Source: Prasinococcaceae sp. CCMP 1430
Taxonomy: Eukaryota > Plantae > Prasinodermophyta
DNA: 64,000 nucleotides
Direction: 5' to 3'
Assembly: GCA_013416795.1 (NCBI GenBank)
Contig: RQSC01000002.1
Coordinates: forward strand, 410,603-474,602
Shown one piece after another: positions 9,523 through 20,224 of the stretch (the first letter of the stretch is position 1; each line of letters opens with the position of its first letter). Below the pieces are notes generated by a model that saw only the letters and a list, made by a program, of their open reading frames with translations, ran no database searches and had not been told where the DNA came from. A program made the position numbers and the translations under genes.

Positions 9523-12465
9523 ATGGTTGTTGGCGGCGGCCGTCCCCCCTCCCCTGCCTCTCCAGCCGCGGGTGCCCCGCCGCCGGCCCTCAATGTGATC
9601 ATTCCGATGGGCACGCTCTCGGGCGATGCGCCCGCGGCAGAGTCGGCGTATGCGCGTGCGGGCTACGCGCTCGGGCTGCCGCCGCCGCTCGTGCCAGTCG
9701 CTGGGCGCCCCGTGTTGTTCTGGCTACTCGACAACATCACGCTGCGAGAGGAAGATCACCTGTGGCTGGTGGTGTCTGCCAGGGCCGAACAGAGGTATGG
9801 CATCGGAGCGCGGGTGCACGAGGAGTACCCTTGGCTCGGTGGCAGCGGGAGGCTGCATGTCGTGCCGCTGCGGTTCACCACGCGGGGCGCGGCCGAGACA
9901 CTTTACATCGCCACGCAGGCGATGGGTGCACAGGACCTGCAGAGGAGGACGATTTCGCTCGACAGCGACACGATTTACTTCACTGACGTCCTCGAGAGGT
10001 TCAGACGCGTGCCTCGCGGGGTTGGCTGCTGCTTTTGCTTCTACCACCCGGAGGCAGATCGGCGTCACTCGTACCTCGCATTCGACCTGACCAAAGCGAG
10101 TGGTGCGCGAGGGTCGGACCGACGTGGCACCGACGCACGCGAAACCGCTGTCCCTCCACCAGCTGAACATGCCGCCGGGGTATCATCGATGGCGGAGCCA
10201 CCCTGCCCGCCGCCGCGGCAGCAGCAACAGCCAGTCGTGCCACCGCTGCGAGGACCTGCGGTGTCATCGCGTAGCGTCGGCAGCGCGTCGTCGTCTGAAA
10301 GCCCCCACGCAGTCATGTCGCCCCGCTTGCTGGGCGACGGAATCCTCACTCAGCCTACTCCTCGCCACGGTGGGGCGCCACTGTCGCCCGAGGCTACTGC
10401 GTGGTTTACCCCACGAGGTCGCGGTGGCGATGCGCGTGATGTGTACAACGCCACCCCTGCACATTCGACGACCGCAACAGCTATGTGTGCAGGTAGTAGC
10501 GCCGCCAACGATGCGCGCGCTCACGGGGATGCAGCGAGTGCAGCGGTCGCGGCGGCACGGCGCATTGAGCGCATTGTTGAGAAGCATCCCATTAGCGCAT
10601 GGGCGAATTGCGGGGCGTACGGCTTCGCAAGCGGCGGCGCAATGCAGATACACTGCCAACACATTATCAACAGCAGCCCTGGAGACGCTCGCAACGATGT
10701 GAGCCCGAACGAGATTCAATCCACGGGCACCCGTGCCGACGCATACTATATCAGCGCAGCCGTTGAGTCCGCCATCCGCGCCGGCAAGCCGTTCGTCGGC
10801 ATCAACCTCGGCGAGGTAGACAGGGCATTTGCGAACGTTGGCTCGGTCTCTCGGCTCGAGCGTTTCATCGCCGCAGTGGCAGAGCGAGGGCCTGAGGTGT
10901 ATCCGTGCAAGTCCATGCGGTTTTCTTTTGACCTCGACGGAGGGCTCTTAGGAGCACCTCTGCACCGTGGGGACTTGGACTCTGCCGTGGCGATCCCAGC
11001 GGCGGTGAATGCTGTAAGGCGGCTCAAGGCGCACGGCCACACCGTGATCATTCGCAGCACTCGTGGGACACGCAGCACCATTTCGACAGGCGACGCGCTC
11101 GCCTCTGCAGCCGGCGCGGACTCCCTCGCAGCTTCAGGGGCGGTATCAGGCGGAGGTGCTATGTCGACCTTGCGTGCGCTGGAGAAGCACGCGATCCCTT
11201 ATGATGAGGTGCTCTTCGGACAACCGCGTGTGGACGCCCACGTGGGACCGGCGGCAATCGACCCGTCATGCACGTTTGGCGGCATGGCTCGCGCGTTTGG
11301 TGTTGTGCCATGCATGGACAGCAATTCAGAGGACTATGGGGCAGTTGTGTGCGACCCCGCCGGCGCACAGGGTGCCGGAGGCGGCAGTGGCGGTGTCAAG
11401 GCGCGCCACTTCAACATTGTGCGCATGGTCGGTGACACCGTTGTCAAAACAAGCTCGACGAGAAGGCTGGAAGGCGAGGTTTACTATTTTCGCCACGTCC
11501 CAAAGGATGTCGACGACCTCTTCCCAGCGCTGTTGTCGGTCGAGGAAGACCCCGGAGCGGATTGCACGACCATGACCATCCAACGCGTCGAGGGCATCAC
11601 CTTCACCCATCTGGTGACCAATCGCTGCGTGACGCGTGAGCGCTTTGGTAGGCTCACTGACGCCCTGGCAAGGTTGCATGGCTCGAAGGGCCAAGCTGCA
11701 GCTGGCGTGCGCGAACTCCCGGAGGCCGCTGCGGCAGCGGCGACCCCTGAAGCCCCCGCGATTGAGTGCGGCGCGGCATCGCCGGAGCTCAACCCCTATG
11801 CCAACTACGCCCTCAAGGTCGAAACTAGATACAAACAGCACGCCGCCGTGTACACGTCCCTTCCCACCAGCGGAGGCATCAACGTCGACGAGGCCTACGA
11901 TGAAATCATGGCTTTCCTCCAGGGATACGAAGCTGACAGCAGGGCGGACGTGCGGGAGTGCATCCACGGCGACCCGGTGTTCAGCAACGGACTGCTCACC
12001 GCAGACCACAAAGTGCAATTCATCGACATGCATGGATGCCTTGGCGGCGCGCTGACGACGGCGGGGGACGCAGCGTACGATCTCGCGAAAGTCCTGCAAA
12101 GCCTGTGCGGGTATGACTACGTGCTGTTGGATGCGCCAATGGAGGCGCGAGATGTAGAGCTGCTCGACCTACTCAAGGCTGACTTTGCAGCGCACGTGGG
12201 CGCGAAGTATCCACGCGTCCGCTTCCGCGACGTGGAGATGCTCACAGCCTCGCTCTACTTCTCCCTGCTGCCGCTGCACGACAACCCCACCCACAGGGCG
12301 CGCTTCTGGTCGATTTGCCAGGCAATGCTGCAGGCGAGAAATGCTCTCAGAAATGTGCTCGTGGGCCAAAGCTTGGCGCTAGCGCCGCCGCCTCCTGCGA
12401 GGGCGACGAAAGCGGTGCCTCCCGTCGATACCCGCGCACCGCGCGCGCGCCGCATGGCGGGTTGA
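9523..12465 (+). CDS. Trifunctional-architecture protein: nucleotidyltransferase + EcbF/BcbF-like HAD phosphatase + APH/choline-kinase-like domain
   Basis: LNVIIPMG...VAGRPVLFWLLDN...TRGAAETL...LDSDTIY; FSFDLDG...LKAHGHTVII...IPYDEVLFG; IHGDPVFSN...FIDMHG...GDAAYDLAKVLQSLCGYD. Intronless. Confidence 0.85.
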   Translation: MVVGGGRPPSPASPAAGAPPPALNVIIPMGTLSGDAPAAESAYARAGYALGLPPPLVPVAGRPVLFWLLDNITLREEDHLWLVVSARAEQRYGIGARVHEEYPWLGGSGRLHVVPLRFTTRGAAETLYIATQAMGAQDLQRRTISLDSDTIYFTDVLERFRRVPRGVGCCFCFYHPEADRRHSYLAFDLTKASGARGSDRRGTDARETAVPPPAEHAAGVSSMAEPPCPPPRQQQQPVVPPLRGPAVSSRSVGSASSSESPHAVMSPRLLGDGILTQPTPRHGGAPLSPEATAWFTPRGRGGDARDVYNATPAHSTTATAMCAGSSAANDARAHGDAASAAVAAARRIERIVEKHPISAWANCGAYGFASGGAMQIHCQHIINSSPGDARNDVSPNEIQSTGTRADAYYISAAVESAIRAGKPFVGINLGEVDRAFANVGSVSRLERFIAAVAERGPEVYPCKSMRFSFDLDGGLLGAPLHRGDLDSAVAIPAAVNAVRRLKAHGHTVIIRSTRGTRSTISTGDALASAAGADSLAASGAVSGGGAMSTLRALEKHAIPYDEVLFGQPRVDAHVGPAAIDPSCTFGGMARAFGVVPCMDSNSEDYGAVVCDPAGAQGAGGGSGGVKARHFNIVRMVGDTVVKTSSTRRLEGEVYYFRHVPKDVDDLFPALLSVEEDPGADCTTMTIQRVEGITFTHLVTNRCVTRERFGRLTDALARLHGSKGQAAAGVRELPEAAAAAATPEAPAIECGAASPELNPYANYALKVETRYKQHAAVYTSLPTSGGINVDEAYDEIMAFLQGYEADSRADVRECIHGDPVFSNGLLTADHKVQFIDMHGCLGGALTTAGDAAYDLAKVLQSLCGYDYVLLDAPMEARDVELLDLLKADFAAHVGAKYPRVRFRDVEMLTASLYFSLLPLHDNPTHRARFWSICQAMLQARNALRNVLVGQSLALAPPPPARATKAVPPVDTRAPRARRMAG

Positions 12466-12648
12466 TGTGTGGTGGCCAATGTGCCAGTAGAGAGCCGCGC
12501 TGATCGTGCGGGGGCAGCCTGGCACGCGTATGCGACCACTGCACCGCCGTATCACGAAGACCCATGCCACCAACGGTTGCTGCGTACGCGGCAGCCGGGA
12601 ATGTAAAAGTGTGTTGTTTAGTCACTAGACTACTCTATTATTAGCTAG

Positions 12649-14594
12649 CTACATGCCGCTCGCAGCCATGGTCGTGCACTCGGCAGCGGCGGCGGCGCCC
12701 CCAGTACTGACACCGGGCCTGCGAAATACGACGGCGTTGGCGCCCTCGAAGGGCAGGTACGTCACCTCGCACGGCGGCACTTTGTGGCCGTGTCCCTTGG
12801 ACTGCACGCGGGTCGAGGGGCGCGTGCTCTGCCGTTGTCAGCGCACTCGTGCGCGCGCTCCGACACGTGGGAGTGCGTGCAGGCTCGGCGTACCTTTGTG
12901 TCCGCGTAGTGCATGAGATACCGAATGAGCTGCTCGGTCGTCACCACTGGCGCGCCTGGCTCCTCCGCGTCGCTGTCGGGCAGCCGCCGATGGTTGAAGA
13001 GACGCGGAAAGACGCAGCAAGGCACCAGCGCAAAGGGCTTTCCAAGCTCGGCGGCGAGCTCGACGATCGAATCAGTGGCCTGGTCTGGGTGCATGCCCAC
13101 CACGGCGGAACATGCGCGAATCTTAGCCGCAGCAGCGGCATGCTCGGGCGCGTCGCCGCGCCAGACGTCCGGGGAGAGACACATCTGCAGCGAGTCTGGC
13201 ACGCCTTCGCCCTAACGAAGCGGCAGGTGCGCACAACACGAGGTGCAGGTCACGCGCAAGAACATGAGGTCAGCGCTGCGTCATCGCTCGCTCGCTCATT
13301 CGTACGCACAGCACCCTGCGCGCGCGCAAGCGCACACCTTTGCGCCCCCACGGGCCTTGACTGCCTTGTGCTGCAGCTTTGACAGCTTGGGCGGGCGCGG
13401 GTCGACCACCGTGGAGGGCACGCCGTGCGTCTCTTTGAACTCAAACGACACCTCCCCGCGGCCGCCGGCAACATCCAGCACACCACTGCCACCACGCAGG
13501 GTATCGATTCCGAGCGTCTCCACCGCGAACGACACGAACATTCGCGCGCGCGCCGATTTGCGCTTAGCGCCTCCTGCGGCGGCGTGCGGGTCGCCCGCGG
13601 CTGCCGCTGCCTGCTGGCGTCGCGCGCGCCGCGCTGCAACCCACTGACTCTTGGCGGCGGATTTGCCACGCGCTGCAGGGTCATGCTCGAACCGGCAGGC
13701 ATCACCACGCGCACAGCTTCCTGTGTTTATCCAGAACTTGCAAGGGGCACGAGGTTCCGCTTCGCCTGCGTTCCCGTCTGCGAAGGGCCTTTTCTGGCCG
13801 CCGTCGCCGCCCGCAGCGGTTGGCGCGTGCACGCCAAATGGCTGCGGCACGAAATTTGTGCCTGGATGCGTCTCTCGGTAGCTCTGAACAACCTCGATGT
13901 CGTCCACCAGCACCATCGCGAGCATCTCGCCATCGCCAGCTTGCCGGAACAGGAGGTAAGTGTTGCGGCGTCGACGCGGCGGGAACGCGTGAGAAACAGG
14001 CAGAGGAGAAGTCAGCGCACGGATTCGGGCAGAGTTGGACGCGCACGTCATGGGCGCTAGAGAGAAGCGTGCGCTCGCGTGGGCACCCAGCGCCGTGCCT
14101 GCGTGTCCGCATGCACCAGCATGTCCTGCATTGCCTTGCGGCCTCAATCCGTCCGCGCGCACAGAGCACTCACCTCGGTGCGAGCCGTCCTCGATGCCCC
14201 TAACGCGGACCCAGTCGCCATTGCGCACCGCATGGCGCGCCTCATTAAATGCCTCGGCTGATAGCGGACCTCCTGCCTCGACGCTCTTGACGAGCAGCTC
14301 CCGGCGCACGCCGTCGCTGCCCATGGCGTCGCAGAACATGAGCCGCCGCGACATCGGCCGGCGGTGGTACACCTGTGCGCGGAACGCCAGCCGCGGCGCG
14401 CCCGACCCACCGACCGCGGCATCGTCGCGCACATCCACGCCGTATGAATCATTAACCTCTCCGCCGCCTTGCCCCCCCGCATCCCCTCCTCCTCCCCCTC
14501 GGTCTTGCCCCTGGGCTACTCCGCCCTCCGCATCGACTCGCGCGCCCCCAGTGGGGAGGTCGCCGCCGCCTGCCGCCGCCGCCGCCGCCGCCAT
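12649..14594 (-). CDS. OB-fold + CCCH zinc finger + class I methyltransferase protein; exons about 14594-14174, 13939-13338, 13211-12894, 12801-12649
   Basis: CKFWINTGSCARGDACRFEH (CCCH); VLDVAGGRGEVS, TVVDPR, VVGMHPDQATDSIV, FALVPCCVFP, LPFEGAN (MTase). Three GT-AG introns restore one frame. Confidence 0.8.
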
Positions 14595-14965
14595 CGTCGC
14601 GGCGGCGGCAGCCCGCGTGGCAGCCGCAACCACGCCCCGCGTTGAATCCTCCCGCTCGCAGGGGGGCGCCGCCCGGGGACGCGCGCCGCGGCTTGTGGCA
14701 CCTCCGCCCCCACCCCCCCACCCCTCGCTGTGAGAGCGGCCCAGCCGCCGTCGGCGGCCGTCGGCGGCCCGCGCCAATTAGGGTCCAAAATATAACCTAA
14801 ATAAAACCCAAACATTGGCACCGTTTTTTTTGAAAAGGCTGAATGAAGTCGTTACGAGGAGCAGCAGGAGCAGGGGCTGGCGGTGGCGGCGCCTCTCGAC
14901 GCGGCGGTCGCGTCGGAGACGGAGGCACCGGCGGCGATGGAGGTGGCAGCGGCGCCCGTCCCTCC

Positions 14966-16100
14966 CTACGCCGCGAGCAGCTCGGCAAGCTCCTCGCGGG
15001 CGCACGCCTCGCAGAGCCGCGCGCGCGAGCCCGCGGTGGCGAGGTAGACGTCGCCAGCGCGCCAGCGCCGCTTCGAGCAGCCATCGCACTCCGCGACGTC
15101 GCTGGCGGCGCTTCGCCCCGCGACAACACTGCCTCGTCCCACAGCTTCGCTATCCGAGCTGTCAGAGCTCGAGTCCGAGCGCGCCTGGGCGTGGGCGCTC
15201 TGCACAAAAGCCTGCAGCTCAGCTGGATCGTCGGCGGCGGCTCGGGCGCTCGCCAGTGCGTCGGAAGTGTGCACTCCGCCGGCGGCCAGCGCGCTCTCGA
15301 ACGAGCGCAGCGCGCCGACGCCGCGAACGCCACTGACGCCAGGCATCGCGACGAGCGCGTGCGCGCCTGCCACGCTCGCGTCCGCGCGCACGGCCGCAGA
15401 CATGCTCGCCTCTCCGTGTGTGTGCTTGCCCAACCGTGCGCACGCCCGCGCGTCGTCGGCCTCCCTCCGCCGCCGCCGGGCGGCGTTGAGGCGCATCGCC
15501 AGCGCGTCCGCCTCATCCCACGCGGAGTACATCCCCATGCTGCTGCTCGAAACGCCACCGCGGGCGTCGGAGCGCTCGCGCTCGCGCCCGCCGCGTGCGG
15601 CGCCGCAACGCCCACCGCCGGCGCTACCGCCACTGTCGCTCCCGCTCTCACCGTCCGCGCCACCGCCCGCCTCGTAGGCGCTGAGCCGCCCTGGCAAAGC
15701 ATCGTGAAAACCATCGCTCGCAGGAAAGCGCGACGGGGGCGCGCCTGCCGCCCGCAGCGCCTCGAGAGTCGCCTCAAGGCACGGCGCATCGCCGTCCTCC
15801 TCAGCGCCGTCCGTACCCGCGCCACGCACACTCATCCCGCCGGGTGCGTCGGTGCCCACGTCCATGGGCATGCTGCGCGCGTATCCGCGCGCACCCGGCG
15901 CAGCGTACGCGCCCGCCATATTGTGCGCGCGCACGGCGGCCTCGAGCGGCGTGCGCCCCTCCGCGTTGCGCGCCCCCACAGGCGCGCCCGCCGCCAGTAG
16001 TCGCGCGACGGCACCCGCGCGCCGCGCCGCTCGCGCGCGGCGCGCGCGGCGCGCGGCGCGCGCAAGCGTTCGCTGCTTCCGCCCACTGTCGGCGCCCTCC
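14966..16100 (-). CDS. Ankyrin-repeat protein with C-terminal CxxC...CxxC zinc-binding motif; 5' end unresolved
   Basis: AVARLLAAGAPVGARNAEGRTPLEAA (ankyrin); ECDGCSKRRW...RLCEAC. No clear ATG before the divergent BRAP gene. Confidence 0.55.
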
Positions 16101-16193
16101 CTCGCCGCGTGCCTTGGCCCTCTCGCCTCCGCGCCCTCTCGTCCCACGCGCCCCCTCGCCCACGGGGTCGCCGCGACCCCCTCGCCGAGGCTG

Positions 16194-18267
16194 ATGTACG
16201 TCGTGCGGGTGGACTCGCTGGACGCGGAGGGCATGAGCGGGCCGCCCAGTCCGGGCAGGCGCGTCGACAGCACAGGCGCGGAGGGCGCGGGCGACACCGG
16301 TGCGGAGGGGCTCGACGGCGCGGACGCGATGGGGGGTACCGTCGAGTTCGTGGTTGGCGCGCCGCGGCTGTCCGTCACGCGCGGCCGCGTACGGCTCTTC
16401 CGCTCGCGGCCCGCCGGCGCAGGTGCTGCTGTGGAGGATGACGCGGTCTCAGCCGTGCCAACCGCCGACGAGGACGCATGCGGCCTACCTGCGCTGCGCT
16501 CGACGACGGTGCTCTGCCTCGGTGTGCCCATCGAGATGAGCCCTGCCGACTTCATGGAGTTCATTGGCGAGGCAGCGATGCGCACCGTCGCGTCCATGCG
16601 CTTCGTTGCCCATCCGCGCGAGGAGCCCCCGGGAAACAAAGATGGTGGTGCGCCTGCGGCCGCGCCGGCCGCCGCGGGCGTTAAGCGCGCCGGCAGCGAG
16701 GGCACGCTCGCGGAGCGGCTCGATACGTCCTACCTGGTCATCATGGAGCTCCGTTCGCAGGCGCACGCCGACGCGCTCTTTGTGCACAGCAATGGGCGCG
16801 CGTACATGGGCTTCGGCTCGGTGACGCCCGCCGCTTGCCAGCTCGTGTTCGCAGCGCGCGTCGAGGACGATTGCGGCAGCGCGCCCGACTCGCCTGGCGC
16901 AGCCGCCAGTGACGCTGCGCTCACAGAGATGCCTTCATGTCCGGTGTGCCTGGAGCGCCTCGACCGCGACATCAGTGGCGTGCTGACCACGGTGTGCAAC
17001 CACTCCTTCCACGCGAGCTGTATGCGCGAGTGGTGGGACAGCAGCTGCCCGGTGTGCCGCTACTGCGCGCGGGGCGAGGTGACGCGCTGCAGCACTTGCG
17101 GCGCGTCCACCAACCTGTGGATGTGCCTCGTGTGCGGGCACGTCGGCTGCGGGCGGTACGGCGCGGCGCACGCGCTCGAGCACTTCCGCGAAACGGGGCA
17201 CACGTATAGCCTCGAAGTGGAGACGCAGCGCGTGTGGGACTACGTGGGGGACAACTACGTGCACCGGCTCATACAGGCACACGGCGACGGCAAGCTGGTT
17301 GAGGTGCCCACGCCGCCGCGCAGCAGCGGAGGCGGTGGCAGCGGCGGCGGGGCGGGCCCGAGCGACGGCACGGCCGGTGGCGCGGCGGGCGGCGGCTCGT
17401 GCGGGGCGGGCGACGGGGCAGACGCCGACCTGCAGCGCGTGGTGTATGACTCGAAGGTGGAAGGCGTCATCTTCGAGTACACGGCCTTGCTGAGCTCGCA
17501 GCTTGAGTCACAACGCCAGCACTACGAGAGCCTGCTGGCGGCGGCCACGGCGGACTCGACACTCGGCGACGACGCGCGCGCGGCGCTCGAATCCGCGCGC
17601 CGCGTCGCCGAGGCTGCCGAACGCGACAAACGCTCCTTTTCGCGGCAGCTGAGCGAGGCACGCGCGCGCGCTGAGCGCGCAGAGGCAGAGGTGGGTGCGC
17701 GCTTCGCGCTCTCGAGCGCGCGGTCGCCTGCACGTGCGCGCACCCGCCCTTCGCTCGCACTGCGAGAGGCGCCACCCCAGCTGACGCACGCGCGCCGCGC
17801 GCACGCACTGCGCGCTGCACGCCCTGAGCAGACGACTTTCCTGCGCTCTTTGAACGAGCAACACCAGAGCAATGCTGCGGCCGCGCAGCGTCGCTTGGAC
17901 GCCGCCACACGCGCCGCCAGCGCCGTCCAGAAACAGAAGGACCAGCGCATCTCGGAACTGGAAGAGCAAGTGCGCGACCTCATGCTATACCTCGACGCCT
18001 CGGTGCGTGCCGCCGCCTCAGGATCGCCCGCGCGGCCGCTGCGCGCACACCTGCCCACGCGCGTGCGAGCGCCGCTCGTTGACTCGTGGTCCCGGCGCGC
18101 TGTCTCGCGATGCGCCCGCTTGCCCGCAGGCCAAGATCGAGGCCGAGGGCGGCTCCGGCGCCAAGGAAGGCACCGTCGTGGGCATCTCCGAGGCGCCGGA
18201 AGCGCCCACGCCCGAGGACCTCCGCAAGAAGGTGCGCGCAAAGAGGAAAGAGAAGCGCGGGGTGTGA
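16194..18267 (+). CDS. BRAP: BRAP2/BRIZ-family E3 ubiquitin ligase (BRAP2 domain, RING-H2, ZnF-UBP, coiled coil); introns 17691-17831 and 18003-18129
   Basis: EMPSCPVCLERLD...TTVCNHSFHASC...CPVCR; LWMCLVCGHVGCGRY...HALEHFRETGHTYSLEVETQRVWDYVGDNYVHRLIQ; ISELEEQVRDLM. Confidence 0.92.
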
Positions 18268-18520
18268 CGCGGCGATTGCGCCCGCCACCAATGTATACAC
18301 TCTGTACAGCTGTACCTCCTGTAGTCTGCCCACCGCTGGCGTCCACGGTCGTCCTGGCCACCTCGCCCGCGACGCGCTTCTCTCAGCAAGCGCACGCAGC
18401 GAAGCGCACGCGAGGAGGGAATTTCATCTGGCTATGCCTGTTATTAATGTGTGCGCGTGAGCGACGCGCCCCGTCGCCGGCTGTGGCTCTCGGACCCGCG
18501 CGCCCGAGCAGGCTCCGCGC

Positions 18521-19294
18521 CTACCTTTTGGAGCCCTCCTCGTCGTCATCCCAGAGAGCGTCGAGGTCGCCGCTGGCCTCCAGTTCGGCAAACTCGCGGT
18601 CGAGCTCTTCCTGCCACGCACTCGTGTCGGCGCCGGTGCTGTCCGGCGGGGGGCCGTCATTGGCACGCAGGCTGGCAGCAACGGCGCTCTCTTCGCCACG
18701 CCCGCCGACAGGCCGCCCTGTCGCGCGCGGGACGGAGTCGAAGTAGTCTTCACCGAAATACTCGTCCTCGAAGTCGGAGCTGTCGTCGCCAAGCTTGGCG
18801 AGCAGCGCGAGCGTGCGGTCACCGCGCTCGACGGAGTCGTCGCGGAAGAAGCGCAGCTCGGGCGTGCGGCGGATGTGCAGCACCTTGGCCACGCGCGAGC
18901 GCAGGTAGCCGCGCTTGCGCTCAAGGCCGGCCATCACCGCGGCCTTGGAGCGCTCGTCGCCGTACACAGTCACCCAGCACTTCGCAACGTCGATGGAGTT
19001 GTCGACCTCCACGAGCGAGATGGACGCAAACGCCGTAAGGCTCGAGTCGACGCCGAGCCGCTCCTCCGGGTACAGCGCGCGTCGCAGCTCGAGGTCCTTG
19101 ACGAGCAGCTCCGAGAGCTCCCGGCGCACGGCCGCCGCGACGCGCTCCACCCGCCGGCTGTCGTACGCGCGCACGCGCGCGCGCCTCGCGCTGTGGCCCC
19201 GCGGCGGCGCGCCACGCGCGCAAACCCCCGCGCGCCGCCCGGGCGGCGGCGCATGCGTTGTGATATGCCAAACTGCGCTCGCCCGTCTGCACAT
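18521..19294 (-). CDS. rbfA: Plastid ribosome-binding factor A
   Basis: RRVERVAAAVRRELSELL...ISLVEV...AKCWVTVYG...LRSRVAKVLHIRRTPELRFFRDDSVERG, with an Arg/Ala-rich transit-like N-terminus. Exact start uncertain. Confidence 0.85.
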   Translation of the reverse strand: MCRRASAVWHITTHAPPPGRRAGVCARGAPPRGHSARRARVRAYDSRRVERVAAAVRRELSELLVKDLELRRALYPEERLGVDSSLTAFASISLVEVDNSIDVAKCWVTVYGDERSKAAVMAGLERKRGYLRSRVAKVLHIRRTPELRFFRDDSVERGDRTLALLAKLGDDSSDFEDEYFGEDYFDSVPRATGRPVGGRGEESAVAASLRANDGPPPDSTGADTSAWQEELDREFAELEASGDLDALWDDDEEGSKR

Positions 19295-20224
19295 CGAAAC
19301 CGTTCGCACGTGTCATATCACTCCGGTCGCGCGCGCCCGCGCCGCGCCTGCGGCATCGCATCACCTGCTCTCCCGTCGGTGCCTCGTACGCGTTCGCAGA
19401 CGCGATGTCGATCGGTGTCATCATCCGTCGCAGGGATTCAATTTTGGAACGGGTCAAAACACGTCTCGAGTGCGGGCAACGGTCCGGCATGATTCCGCAT
19501 TGTGACGCGAATATTGAGGAATCCTTTGGAATCCACGCGGCCCGAGCGCCGCCGCCTGCGTTTTGAGCAGGCGCCGCGCCGCGCGGGCCGTTTCGCGGGC
19601 GGAACGCCGCGGTTTTGCCGGGGGGAGGGCGGCCGGACGGCGCGCTCCCGCCGTCCCAACCCAAACATCGCTCCCCGGCGCGCGCTCAAACACATCAATT
19701 AAGGTCCATTGGGAGTTCGACCTTTTGTTAGAACCTGTTTTGATGAACCCTTATCAGGTGCTTGTTTTGCGGTGTTGGAGTGTTTTCGTACGAATTCGCG
19801 CGCGCGCGCGCGCGCGCGCGGGGCGATGCCACAGCTGGCGCGCCCCGCTCGGCGCGCTGGCGGCCTGCCGCGCCGCGTGGTCGCCGCGCAGGCGCGCCGC
19901 GGGGCAACGCTCGGAACGTGTTGTCGTATTACGGGAAATGCCCCGGCGCAGGCGCATAAATGCCGCGGCGCTGTGTGCAGGGGGAGGATGGGGGGGGGAG
20001 GCGGGCCGGGGGTGTTGTTGTTGCTCACCACAAGGCGCACGCGCGGCGCACACCGCCCAGGTAAGGGGCGCTCGCGAGGGCGTCGAGGCCGTCGCTGGCC
20101 AGAGGCGCGCTTGCGGCTGCGGCGCTTGCGGCGATTGCGGCGGCTGGCGACGCTGTAGCAGCTTTCGCGCGATCAATCGCGCGCGCCTCCAAGGCAGGGG
20201 TCGGGGAGGGGCTGAGCGGCCGCG

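Noticed and set aside
3677-14968. Possible TAG reassignment or readthrough (METTL21 leader, ankyrin tail)
   Set aside because: TAG is clearly the terminal stop of several conserved genes here (ZW10, METTL21-like, BRAP-neighbouring rbfA region genes, CCCH-MTase), so a code change is unsupported
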